The notes beneath the pieces were generated by a model. The model searched no databases. It saw only the letters and a list, made by a program, of their open reading frames with translations, and was not told where the DNA came from. Below, piece by piece: positions 50,902 to 59,839 of a stretch of DNA of 60,770 bases. How positions within the stretch are numbered: position 1 is the first letter of the stretch; each line of letters starts with the position of its first letter. Both the position numbers and the translations under genes were made by a program. This DNA is from Pseudomonadota bacterium (GTDB taxonomy: Bacteria > Pseudomonadota > Alphaproteobacteria > Sphingomonadales > Sphingomonadaceae): contig JAEZES010000151.1 of assembly GCA_023432995.1 (NCBI GenBank), forward strand, positions 1 through 60,770. Direction: 5' to 3'.

Positions 50902-51438
50902 CTAGCCTGGCGGCTGCAGGCAGCTGATCGCCTTCTGCCCGGCCGAGCCCGGTGTCTGCAGCAGTTCGGATGTAAGCTGTTCGATCTGCCTCGCGGGATC
51001 GGTGGTGCCGTCGCCGTTGAGCGCCAGGCGCCGGAACTCGGATTCCGCTTCGCCGATGGCCTGCGAGACCTCGCGGTCGACGCCTCCGCCGCGAACCGAG
51101 ATCAGCTGACCGACCACCCGCAGCGCGGCAGCGCACTCGATCGCGCGATCGGGCGAAGTCTCGCTCGACACGGATACCGTCGAGGCCCCGATCACCGTAC
51201 GCGGAGCAGGGTTGCGCGCCTGTGCAATCACCGCGTCGGTGCTTTCGTCGCCCCGCGCGCGCTGCAGGTCCTCGAACGAGGTGGTATCGGGCGAGCATCC
51301 CGACGCAGCGAGCACGAGGAGCGAGCCGAGGGCGGGAAAGCGGGCGGGTCTCGGCAAGGGAAAGCCCCAGGGCCGACTCAAGACCATCTTCATCATGCGA
51401 CGTCCCTTGCCCAATTCCGTCCGCTTGTCATGGGCCAA
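50902..51438 (-). CDS. Hypothetical protein, possible lipoprotein
   Basis: Hydrophobic stretch ending LAASGC, two further Cys; start uncertain. Confidence 0.5.
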   Translation of the reverse strand: MAHDKRTELGKGRRMMKMVLSRPWGFPLPRPARFPALGSLLVLAASGCSPDTTSFEDLQRARGDESTDAVIAQARNPAPRTVIGASTVSVSSETSPDRAIECAAALRVVGQLISVRGGGVDREVSQAIGEAESEFRRLALNGDGTTDPARQIEQLTSELLQTPGSAGQKAISCLQPPG

Positions 51439-51579
51439 CTCGTGACCCGCCGGAAAACCTTCGCCCCGGAGTCAATCCGGTCAGCGATTTTAACCATGGC
51501 GGAATACCGATCGTTAAGCGTTCTCACTCATCCTCGGCCAAGCATGGACCCCCTGGCCACGCGAAAAGGAAGTTAGTCG

Positions 51580-51927
51580 ATGAGCCTGCAGCACACGCTA
51601 GGCCGCTATCACATTGCAGCGCAGGAAGATCGTTCGGCGCCGCGCACCAAGCTCGCCATTCCCGCGCAGTTGCGGGCCTCGGGCGCACGCGCGTTCCAGA
51701 CCGTCGTCAACGATCTCTCGTTGTCCGGGTTCTCGGCCACGGCGATCACCCGGATGCATCCCGGCGCCGTCTGCTGGCTGACGCTCCCCGGGCTGGAATC
51801 GCTCCAGGCTGAAGTCGTCTGGTGGGAAAACAACATGTGCGGCTGTGCCTTCAACAGCCTGCTCAGCCCGATCGTGCACGACAACATCCTCGCACGGTAC
51901 CGCGGCGACCAGTCGTACGGCGGCTGA
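51580..51927 (+). CDS. Stand-alone PilZ domain protein
   Basis: RSAPR (RxxxR) and DLSLSG (DxSxxG) motifs, AEVVW, GCAF. Confidence 0.9.
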   Translation: MSLQHTLGRYHIAAQEDRSAPRTKLAIPAQLRASGARAFQTVVNDLSLSGFSATAITRMHPGAVCWLTLPGLESLQAEVVWWENNMCGCAFNSLLSPIVHDNILARYRGDQSYGG

Positions 51928-52107
51928 GCCTTTCCATAGCGCACCCTGAGAATCGGCGGCCGGCCCGATCCATGTCGGGCCGCCCGCCGCGTGCAGCGCG
52001 CGGCCGGCTCGGGCGGCAGGAAAGAGATTGACCCTACTGGAAAACCTTTTCATCAGGCGCGCGACGTGCCGGGCATGCGCGCGGCAGAAGAGAGGTTTCG
52101 GCGACAG

Positions 52108-52842
52108 ATGAGAGTGGGTTTAGGCGTTTCGGTGGCGATGGCCGCGATGGCACTCGCGAGCTGCACCTACGGTCCCAGCGGAGGCCGCGTCGGCGAGACC
52201 GGCCAGGTTCGTGTTGTGGAAAGTTCCGTGCTGCCCGCGCCGATGGCCGACGACACCCTTTCGGCCACGCGGTCCTATCTCATCGGGCCCCTCGACGTGC
52301 TCATTGTCGACGTCTTCGGCATCGAAGAGATGACCGATCGCGAAATCGCCGTCGACAGGTCCGGGAGGATCTCGATCCCGCTGGCCGGCTCGATCATGGC
52401 CGCCGGAAACTCTCCGGAACAGCTCGCCGCCGCGATCACCGACCGGCTGCGGGCGAACTACATGCGCGATCCGCAAGTCTCGGTGAACGTAAAGGAAGCC
52501 GTCAGCCAGTTCGTGACCGTGGACGGGCAGGTCACCCAGCCCGGAAACTATCCAATCCTCGGAGACATGACGCTGACGCGGGCCGTGGCAAGCGCGCGCG
52601 GACTGGGCGAGTTCGCGCAACAGGACGACGTCGTCATTCTGCGCACGGTCGGCGGTCAGCGCTACGCCGGAGTCTACAACATCGCGGCCATTCGGCGCGG
52701 GAACTACCCGGACCCCCAAGTCTACGCCAATGACGTGGTCGTCGTCGGCGACAGCGCGACCTTGCGACGGCTGAAGGACTTCCTGACCATCCTGCCGGCA
52801 GTCACCTCGCCGCTGATCTACATCCTCGACGGCAACAACTGA
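52108..52842 (+). CDS. wza: Polysaccharide export lipoprotein
   Basis: Lipobox LASC, YLIGPLD, VDRSGRISIPLAG, V.V.GQV..PG.Y SLBB domain. Confidence 0.92.
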   Translation: MRVGLGVSVAMAAMALASCTYGPSGGRVGETGQVRVVESSVLPAPMADDTLSATRSYLIGPLDVLIVDVFGIEEMTDREIAVDRSGRISIPLAGSIMAAGNSPEQLAAAITDRLRANYMRDPQVSVNVKEAVSQFVTVDGQVTQPGNYPILGDMTLTRAVASARGLGEFAQQDDVVILRTVGGQRYAGVYNIAAIRRGNYPDPQVYANDVVVVGDSATLRRLKDFLTILPAVTSPLIYILDGNN

Positions 52843-52860
52843 CGCGCCGGCGCCGGACCG

Positions 52861-54132
52861 CTACCCCTTGACCAGCGTAACCTGGCTCACGGTAATCCCA
52901 CCGCCGCGGAAGCCGCCCTCGCAGTACATCAGGTAGAACCGCCAGAGGTCGCAGAACCGCCGGTCGAACCCGGCGGGTAGCCGGCCGTGCGCTTCGGCCG
53001 CCTCGAACCGCGCGCGCCAGGCCTTGAGCGTTGCGGCATAGTCGAGCCCGAAATCCTCCTGGTCGCGCCATGCCAGCCCGCGCGCCTCGGCGAGGCGGCG
53101 GAACTCGCCGGACTTGATCAGCAGGCCGCCGGGGAAGACGTAAGCCTGAATGAAGTCGGCGTTGCTGGCATAGCCTTCGAACAGGTCGTCGCGCATGGCG
53201 ATGAACTGGATCGCCGCGCGGCCGCCCGGCCTCAGGTTGCGGGCGATGCAGTCCATGAACGCCGGCCAGTATTCGCGGCCAAGCGCCTCGACCATCTCGA
53301 CGCTGACGATGGCGTCGAACTGGCCGCTGGTATCGCGGTAATCCTGCTTGCGGAACTCGACTGCCGGGTGGTGGGCGCGGGCCCAGGCGAGCTGCTCGTC
53401 GGACAGGCTGATCGCCGTGACGCGGCTCCCGCGGGCAGCGAAGTGGCTCGCCAGCGCGCCCCAGCCGCAGCCGATCTCGAGCAGCGTGGCGGGCGGCCCG
53501 CTGCCGTGCTCGAGCCGCTCCGCGAGCCGCTCCCACTTGCGCCGCTGGGCCGCCTCGAGGGCCTCTCCCGAGCTCGTCGAGGGGCCGTCGGCGTCGAGGC
53601 GGTACCCGCTCGAATAGCTCATCGTCGGATCGAGCCAGGCACCGTAGAAGTCGTTGCCGAGGTCGTAGTGCGCGTGGATGTTGCGCTCGGCCTGGATGCG
53701 GGTGTTGCGGTTGAGCCAGTGCAGCGCACGGCTGGCGTAGCGCCAGGGTCCCTTGGCGCGGCCGGTTTCGCCGAGCGGCGCGGCGTTGGCTGCGAACACC
53801 GCGAACAGCGAGACCGGATCGGGGCTCGCCCACTCGCCCGCTTCCCAAGCCTGGTACCAGCCGACCGAACCGGCGGTCGCCAGCCGCACCAGCGCTCGCC
53901 AGTCGCGGATGTGGACTTCAGCCTCGAAGCCGGGCCGGCGGCCGCCGAGCCGGCGCACCGTGCCGTCGGGCAGATGGCCGAGAATCGCCCCCGCCTCGAG
54001 CCCGCGGTCGATGCGGTCGAGCAGCTTGCGGAAGCCCGGCGCGAGCAGCCGTGCGAGCACGCCCGGCGCAAAGCCGAAGCGCTGGCCGGCCTCGAGCAGC
54101 GTGCTGCCCCGCGGTGCGCTCTCCCCCTTCAT
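52861..54132 (-). CDS. cfa: Cyclopropane-fatty-acyl-phospholipid synthase family methyltransferase
   Basis: HYDLGNDFY, MSYSS, LEIGCGWG, QDYRD, YVFPGG, YCEGGF. Confidence 0.92.
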   Translation of the reverse strand: MKGESAPRGSTLLEAGQRFGFAPGVLARLLAPGFRKLLDRIDRGLEAGAILGHLPDGTVRRLGGRRPGFEAEVHIRDWRALVRLATAGSVGWYQAWEAGEWASPDPVSLFAVFAANAAPLGETGRAKGPWRYASRALHWLNRNTRIQAERNIHAHYDLGNDFYGAWLDPTMSYSSGYRLDADGPSTSSGEALEAAQRRKWERLAERLEHGSGPPATLLEIGCGWGALASHFAARGSRVTAISLSDEQLAWARAHHPAVEFRKQDYRDTSGQFDAIVSVEMVEALGREYWPAFMDCIARNLRPGGRAAIQFIAMRDDLFEGYASNADFIQAYVFPGGLLIKSGEFRRLAEARGLAWRDQEDFGLDYAATLKAWRARFEAAEAHGRLPAGFDRRFCDLWRFYLMYCEGGFRGGGITVSQVTLVKG

Positions 54133-54138
54133 GCCTGC

Positions 54139-54167
54139 ACTATGACTCCCGGGGGCACGGGCGACAA
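54139..54167 (-). promoter_or_regulatory. Sigma70-type promoter, probably giving a leaderless cfa mRNA
   Basis: TTGTCG-N17-CATAGT, 6 nt before ATG 54132. Confidence 0.5.
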
Positions 54168-54179
54168 GACTTGCCGGCG

Positions 54180-55082
54180 TCAGGACGCCCGGCAGGTGCC
54201 GGCGGGCAAGGTCACCGCGAAGCGCCCGCTGCGCGAGGCGAACCGCGCGTCGCCGAGCACCCATTGGCCGCCTTGCCGCCGCTCGATGTAGGGCGCGCGC
54301 GCCCAGACGAGAAAGGCGTCGACGTCGCGATCGGCCCGTCGCGCAGCGGCGAGGTCGCACCGATCGAGCCGCAGCTCGCCGACCGAGCGTCCGCCCACTT
54401 GCCACAGGCCGTCGCCGTCGCCCGTGATCATCTCGCGGCGCCAGAAGACCAGCGGCACCTCGTTGGCGATCGCGATCCGCGAGTAAGGTGCATTCAGCCG
54501 GGCGCGCTCCTCGGCCTGCCAGGTGATCGCGGCGTTGAGGCCGACGTAGGCCAGCGCGAGGGCCAGGGCGACGCGGGCTACCTGCCGGCCCTCGCCGCCC
54601 CTCCGATCGCGCCGCAGCGACATCCACGTAGCAAAGCCCAGCCCGAGCCACAGCCACAGGTCGATGATGAACAGCACGTCGCCATAGAACCAGCGCTGGC
54701 TGAACGGCGACAGCAGGCGGATGCCGTAGCTGTTGAGCCAGTCGAGCGCGGGGTGCGTCAGGCAGGCGATAAGCGCGAGCGCGTAGAGCCAGCCGAACCG
54801 GACGGGCACCCGGCCCTCCGGCCGCCTGCCCGCCCGGCCCTGCCATCGGTCGAGCGCCCACAGGACCGCGGCCAGGGCCAGCGGCAGCAGCACCCAGGCG
54901 ATCGGCCCGTGGGTGAGACCGCGGCGCAGGGCGAGGCCCTGCGTTCCCATCAGCATGCACACGCCGTCGACGTCGGGCAGGTTGGCGCCGACGATCAGCG
55001 CCGGCATCGCCAGCCCCGTGCGCAGCTTGAGCCCCGCCTGCCCAATCAGCGCGCCGACGAGGCTATGGGTGAGGTTGTCCAT
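54180..55082 (-). CDS. Membrane-bound metal-dependent hydrolase (YdjM-like)
   Basis: MDNLTHS, NLPDVD, RRGLTH, HPALDWLNSYG. Confidence 0.9.
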   Translation of the reverse strand: MDNLTHSLVGALIGQAGLKLRTGLAMPALIVGANLPDVDGVCMLMGTQGLALRRGLTHGPIAWVLLPLALAAVLWALDRWQGRAGRRPEGRVPVRFGWLYALALIACLTHPALDWLNSYGIRLLSPFSQRWFYGDVLFIIDLWLWLGLGFATWMSLRRDRRGGEGRQVARVALALALAYVGLNAAITWQAEERARLNAPYSRIAIANEVPLVFWRREMITGDGDGLWQVGGRSVGELRLDRCDLAAARRADRDVDAFLVWARAPYIERRQGGQWVLGDARFASRSGRFAVTLPAGTCRAS

Positions 55083-55090
55083 GCTTCCGA

Positions 55091-55115
55091 TTTCTCACGC
55101 CAAGACGCCAAGAGG
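55091..55115 (+). repeat. Left inverted repeat flanking the GxxExxY gene
   Basis: TTTCTC-ACGCCAAG-ACGCCAAG-AGG (two 8-nt units). Confidence 0.85.
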
Positions 55116-55121
55116 TTGCGC

Positions 55122-55517
55122 CTAACGCGGCGAGTCCTCGAAATTGTTAGCCACCCGCCGCAGACCGTCCTTGAAGGTCGCCATCCCGAAGTTCATCAAT
55201 AGCCCGAGCGGCAGGCCCATCAATCGCAAATAGGTCAGCACCTGCTTGCCATGAACCGGCGCGTTGCGCTCGACCGACTTGAGTTCGATCAGAAGACGGT
55301 TCTCGACAACGAGATCCGCCTTGAACGCATTCTCGATGACGACGCCCTTGTAGACGATGGGAACAGAGACCTGCCTGCGCACGGCGAGACCCCGGTGCGA
55401 CAACTCGATGGCCAGCAAGGTCTCATAAACGGACTCGAGAAGTCCGGGACCGACGTCCCTGTGTAGGTGGAAGCCACAATCGATCGCTCTGCGCGCGAGG
55501 CGATCCAGTTCTTCCAC
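55122..55517 (-). CDS. GxxExxY protein (PD-(D/E)XK nuclease superfamily)
   Basis: GLLESVY, ADLVV, IELK, QVLTY, GLLMNFG; 131 aa. Confidence 0.93.
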   Translation of the reverse strand: MEELDRLARRAIDCGFHLHRDVGPGLLESVYETLLAIELSHRGLAVRRQVSVPIVYKGVVIENAFKADLVVENRLLIELKSVERNAPVHGKQVLTYLRLMGLPLGLLMNFGMATFKDGLRRVANNFEDSPR

Positions 55518-55523
55518 GCGGGA

Positions 55524-55556
55524 CCTCTTAGCGTCTTCGCGTCTTGGCGTGCGAAA
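55524..55556 (-). repeat. Right inverted repeat flanking the GxxExxY gene; contains its SD
   Basis: Minus strand TTTCGC-ACGCCAAG-ACGCGAAG-ACGCTAAG-AGG (three 8-nt units); AAGAGG lies 6 nt before GTG 55517. Confidence 0.85.
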
Positions 55557-55559
55557 GAC

Positions 55560-56594
55560 TCAAACCGGATCGGATGCAGTTCCCGAGACGGTCCAGGTCT
55601 GGCCCTTGGCCAGCAGCTTGGCGAGGCTCGCGTCGCGGCCTTCGCTGGCCCTGGCGTTCTGCTCGATCACCGCGCTCTCGAAGGTCGGGCGCGGGTCGTC
55701 GTAGAGCACGCCGAGCGCCATCGGGAACGGGCCGAACGGCAGCTCGACCAGCATGTGCGCGATCGCGCGGTTCCTGACGTTGTGCACGATCACCCCGGCC
55801 GCCTGCCAGTCGCCGTCGACCACGTCGACCACCTGCAGCGACAGCGTCTCGAGGTCGAGCGTGATCCCCTTGGTTCCGCCGGCGAACAGCATCGGCTCGC
55901 CGTCGACCAGCCACAGCTGGCGGTCCTCGGCGCCCTTCGGCTGGGCGAAGTCGTTGAACACGTCCTTGTTGTAGACGACGCAGTTCTGGAAGATCTCGAC
56001 GAACGCCGCGCCCTGGTGGCGGTGCGCCGCCATCAGCACGTCGGGCAGGTTCTTCGACACGTCGAAGCCCCTGGCCACGAACCGCGCGCCCGAGCCGAGC
56101 GCGAAGGCGCACGGGCTGGCCGGCCGGTCGACCGAGCCCTGCGGGGTCGAGGGGGTGGTCGTGCCGAGGCGGCTGGTCGGCGAGTACTGGCCCTTGGTGA
56201 GGCCGTAGATCTCGTTGTTGAACAGCATGATCTGCACGTTCACGTTGCGCCGCAGGACATGCATCAGGTGGTTGCCGCCGATCGACAACCCGTCGCCGTC
56301 GCCGGTCACCAGCCACACGTCGAGCTCGGGGTTGGCCAGCTTGATCCCGGTGGCGAAGGCCGGCGCGCGGCCGTGGATCGTGTGGAAGCCGTAGCTCTCG
56401 ATGTAGTACGGGAAGCGGCTCGAGCAGCCGATGCCGCTGACGAACACGGTCCGCGCCGGATCGGCGCCGAGCTGCGGCAGCGTGCGCTGCACGGCCTTGA
56501 GGATCGCATAGTCGCCGCAGCCCGGGCACCAGCGGACCTCCTGGTCGGACTCCCAGTCCTTGAGCGTGGTTTCGATGGGGGTCATGTCGTTCAT
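55560..56594 (-). CDS. korB: 2-oxoacid:ferredoxin oxidoreductase beta subunit
   Basis: WCPGCGD, SGIGCSSR, HGRA, GDGDGLSIGGNH, YGLTKGQ. Confidence 0.95.
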   Translation of the reverse strand: MNDMTPIETTLKDWESDQEVRWCPGCGDYAILKAVQRTLPQLGADPARTVFVSGIGCSSRFPYYIESYGFHTIHGRAPAFATGIKLANPELDVWLVTGDGDGLSIGGNHLMHVLRRNVNVQIMLFNNEIYGLTKGQYSPTSRLGTTTPSTPQGSVDRPASPCAFALGSGARFVARGFDVSKNLPDVLMAAHRHQGAAFVEIFQNCVVYNKDVFNDFAQPKGAEDRQLWLVDGEPMLFAGGTKGITLDLETLSLQVVDVVDGDWQAAGVIVHNVRNRAIAHMLVELPFGPFPMALGVLYDDPRPTFESAVIEQNARASEGRDASLAKLLAKGQTWTVSGTASDPV

Positions 56595-57031
56595 GGCGTC
56601 ACCTTAGGCCGGACGGGCAGCGCGAAACCGATGCCCAACGCAAAGCCACCGAGGTAGGTCATCAGAGCGCGCGGCACTTCACCGCTCAATGGATGCCAAG
56701 CGATAATGCTGCTCCACGCATCGTAGGAAGCCTGCGGGATGAGCTGTCCTGCGAGAAGCAGCGCGACACCGCCGCCAAGAACCAGAAGCTTGGTAACTAG
56801 CAGCAGCCGCTGCTTTTCATCAGGCGTGATGTCCGCCGGTTCATAGGAAGCAGGCCCGACCTTCCGCTTCGCAATCTCCCCGGAAATCACGCCGAACGAA
56901 AGTCCCAGCAGTCCGGCAAGAAAGACCTGGGTCGGGAAGAAAAGATGGGCGACCGCCGCGCCCGCAATTCCCAAGAGCCAGGGAAGCGGAGTGTTGATTG
57001 GTCCCGACACATTGAGATTACGTCTGCTCAC
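56591..57031 (-). CDS. Hypothetical four-TM membrane protein between korA and korB
   Basis: 146 aa, four hydrophobic segments, 4-nt overlaps with both neighbours. Confidence 0.7.
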   Translation of the reverse strand: MSRRNLNVSGPINTPLPWLLGIAGAAVAHLFFPTQVFLAGLLGLSFGVISGEIAKRKVGPASYEPADITPDEKQRLLLVTKLLVLGGGVALLLAGQLIPQASYDAWSSIIAWHPLSGEVPRALMTYLGGFALGIGFALPVRPKVTP

Positions 57032-59010
57032 GTCTTCGCCCCACTCTGCGGCGAATGTGCGCGGTGCAGCGAGCCGTCGTCATGGCCCGATTGCGGCTCG
57101 GGCAACTGGCCGGCGTCGGCCGGGACTTCGCCGCCCTCGTTGTCCGGAATGCCGTCGAAGTACTTCGCGATCGCCGCTTCCATTTCGGCGATGCTGAACG
57201 GCTGGCCGCTGGTCTTGGTCAGGCTGTCGGCGTCGACGAGGAGCTGGTCGCGCAGCACGGTCTTGAACTGGCCGGTGTTCATCTCCGGCACCAGCACTTT
57301 GTCGAAGCCCTTGAGCAGCGCGCCGAGGTTCTTCGGCAGCGGCCAGACGTGGCGGACGTGGACGTGGCTGACCGACAGGCCCTTCGCGCGCGCCCTGCGC
57401 ACGGCCTGGTGGATCGGGCCGAAAGTGCTGCCCCAGCCGACCACCACGAGGCGGCCGCCGGCCTCGCCCAGGCACACCTCCTGGTCGGGCACGGCGATGC
57501 GGTCGATCTTGGCCTTGCGCGCGTCGGTCATCGCTTGGTGGTTGGCCGGCGAGTAGTCGATGTTGCCGGTGTCCTGGTGCTTCTCGATGCCGCCGATGCG
57601 GTGCATCAGGCCCGGGGTGCCCGGCTTGATCCACGGGCGCGCGCCCTTTTCGTCGCGCTTGTACGGGAGCAGCGTGTCGCCGGCGTTCTTCTCCTCGAGG
57701 AAGCTGACCGGGAATGGCGCGTAGCTGGCCGGGTCGGGCACCTTCCACGGCTCGGCGGCGTTGGCGATGTAGCCGTCGGTCAGCAGCATGACCGGAGTCA
57801 TGTATTGGACCGCGATGCGGCACGCCTCGATCGCCACCTCGAACGCGTCGGCCGGCGAGCGCGCGGCGATCACCGGCACCGGCGCGTCGCCGTTGCGGCC
57901 GTAGACCGCCTGGTAGAGGTCGCTCTGCTCGGTCTTGGTCGGCAGGCCGGTCGAAGGCCCGCCGCGCTGCGAGTTGACGATCACCAGCGGCAGCTCGGTC
58001 ATGATCGCCAGGCCCATCGCTTCGCCCTTGAGCGCGATGCCCGGGCCCGACGACGAGGTCACGCCGAGCTGGCCGGCGTAGGAGGCGCCGATCGCGGCGC
58101 AGATCGCGGCGATCTCGTCCTCGGCCTGGAAGGTGGTGACGCCGAACTCCTTGAGCCGCGCGAGGTGGTGCAGGATCGCCGAGGCCGGGGTGATAGGATA
58201 GCCGCCGAAGAACATCGGCAGGCCCGCGAGCTGCGCGCCCGCGACGAGGCCTAGGCTGACGCTCTCGGCGCCGGTGATCGTGCGGTAGAGGCCCGGCTCG
58301 GTCTGAACCGGCGCGAGGTGGAACTGGCGCAGCGGCCCGGCCAGCTCGGCGGTCTCGCCGTAGGCGTGGCCGGCGTTGAGCGCGGCGACGTTGGCGGCGG
58401 CGATCTCAGGCTTCTTGGCGAACTTGGCGTTGAGCCAGTCGATCAGCGGCTGCCGGTCGCGGTCGAACATCCACAGCGCGAGGCCGAGGGTCCACATGTT
58501 CTTCGAGCGCAGCGCGTCCTTGTTGCCGAGCCCGAACGGCTTGACCGCCTCGATCGTCAGCGCCGAGATGTCGAACGCGAGCACGTCCCACCTCGCCAGG
58601 CTGCCGTCCTCGAGCGGGTTGCTGTCGTACTTGGCCTTCTCGAGGTTGCGCTTGGTGAACTCCCCGGTGTCGGCGATGATCAGCCCGCCCGGCTTGAGCG
58701 CGGCGAGGTTCACCTTGAGCGCGGCCGGGTTCATCGCCACCAGCACGTCGGGCGCGTCGCCGGCGGTGTCGATCTCGGTCGAGCCGAAGTTGATCTGGAA
58801 CGCCGAGACGCCGAACAGCGTGCCTTGCGGCGCGCGGATCTCGGCCGGGAAATCGGGGAAGGTGGCGAGGTCGTTGCCGGCGAGCGCGGTGGACAGCGTG
58901 AACTGCCCTCCGGTCAGCTGCATGCCATCGCCGCTGTCGCCCGCGAAGCGGACCACGACCGCTTCGGGAGCCTGTGCCTGGGCCGGTCGCTCGGCCGCCA
59001 GAGTTGCCAT
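57028..59010 (-). CDS. korA: 2-oxoacid:acceptor oxidoreductase alpha subunit
   Basis: AGDSGDG, AEIRAP, YPITP, QAEDEIAA, QRGGPSTG, EMNTGQ. Confidence 0.95.
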   Translation of the reverse strand: MATLAAERPAQAQAPEAVVVRFAGDSGDGMQLTGGQFTLSTALAGNDLATFPDFPAEIRAPQGTLFGVSAFQINFGSTEIDTAGDAPDVLVAMNPAALKVNLAALKPGGLIIADTGEFTKRNLEKAKYDSNPLEDGSLARWDVLAFDISALTIEAVKPFGLGNKDALRSKNMWTLGLALWMFDRDRQPLIDWLNAKFAKKPEIAAANVAALNAGHAYGETAELAGPLRQFHLAPVQTEPGLYRTITGAESVSLGLVAGAQLAGLPMFFGGYPITPASAILHHLARLKEFGVTTFQAEDEIAAICAAIGASYAGQLGVTSSSGPGIALKGEAMGLAIMTELPLVIVNSQRGGPSTGLPTKTEQSDLYQAVYGRNGDAPVPVIAARSPADAFEVAIEACRIAVQYMTPVMLLTDGYIANAAEPWKVPDPASYAPFPVSFLEEKNAGDTLLPYKRDEKGARPWIKPGTPGLMHRIGGIEKHQDTGNIDYSPANHQAMTDARKAKIDRIAVPDQEVCLGEAGGRLVVVGWGSTFGPIHQAVRRARAKGLSVSHVHVRHVWPLPKNLGALLKGFDKVLVPEMNTGQFKTVLRDQLLVDADSLTKTSGQPFSIAEMEAAIAKYFDGIPDNEGGEVPADAGQLPEPQSGHDDGSLHRAHSPQSGAKT

Positions 59011-59161
59011 CGCTTGATCCTGCTGGCGCGCGCGGCGCCCGTCTTATGCCTTATGGGCCCGCGACGTAGGATTCCTCGTCTGTATCGGCAATTAAGTTTT
59101 TCTGTCGCGCAGGCAATGGTCGCGGTGGAAATACCCCCGGCGGTTGCCTATCGGGCGTGGA

Positions 59162-59662
59162 ATGAGCGCCAGGGAACCCTCCGAATACCGGCCGTGCGTC
59201 GGCGTCATGCTGGTCAACGCCGAGGGCAAGGCGTTCGTCGGCAAGCGCATCGACAACCGCGAGGGCGACTGGTGGCAGATGCCGCAGGGCGGGGTCGACG
59301 ACGGCGAGGACCTCGACAAGGCGATGCTGCGCGAGCTCGAGGAGGAGATCGGCGCGCGCCCGGACCATGTCGAAATCGTCGCCCGGCTGCCCGAAGAGCT
59401 GTACTACGACCTGCCGCCCGAGCTGCAGGGCAAGCTGTGGAGCGGCCGGTTCAGGGGCCAGCGGCAGACCTGGTATCTCGCGCGGTTCACCGGGGGGGAC
59501 GGCGACATCGACATCGCCGCCGACGACCATCCCGAGTTCTGCGAGTGGAAGTGGGTCGATCCCGAGCTGCTGCCCGAGCTGATCGTGCCGTTCAAGCGCG
59601 AGGTCTATGCGGCGATCGTGGCGGGTTTTCGGGGTAAGGTGTCCGCATCCAACTCCGACTGA
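59162..59662 (+). CDS. rppH: RNA 5'-pyrophosphohydrolase
   Basis: YRPCVG, WQMPQGG, Nudix RELEEEIG, GQRQ, VPFKR. Confidence 0.95.
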   Translation: MSAREPSEYRPCVGVMLVNAEGKAFVGKRIDNREGDWWQMPQGGVDDGEDLDKAMLRELEEEIGARPDHVEIVARLPEELYYDLPPELQGKLWSGRFRGQRQTWYLARFTGGDGDIDIAADDHPEFCEWKWVDPELLPELIVPFKREVYAAIVAGFRGKVSASNSD

Positions 59663-59669
59663 AGGCAAG

Positions 59670-59836
59670 GCAGCCCTCATCCAAGCTCCGCTAACCGCCT
59701 TCGGCGGTAAGCTGCGCTATCCTTCTCCCACCAGTGGGAGAAGGATAGCGCCGCGCCAGTCCTTCTCCCGTTGACGGGAGAAGGATAGCGAAGGTTAGGT
59801 CCGTCAGGACCTTACCGGAGCTTGAATGAGGGCTGC
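59670..59836. repeat. Composite dyad-symmetric palindromic element (RIME/REPIN/MITE-like) between convergent genes
   Basis: 21-nt outer arms with one mismatch, two CCTTCTCCC/GGGAGAAGG hairpins and two small hairpins. Confidence 0.85.
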
Positions 59837-59839
59837 TCC

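Larger units (their letters stand above)
55091..55556 (-). mobile_element. Putative 466-bp inverted-repeat-bounded element carrying only a GxxExxY nuclease
   Basis: Repeats end 6 nt from each end of the gene and fill both intergenic spacers; mobility is inferred. Confidence 0.5.

Noticed and set aside
55091..59836. CRISPR array or classical IS
   Set aside because: Repeats are inverted and lack regular spacers; no cas gene or DDE/HUH transposase is present.
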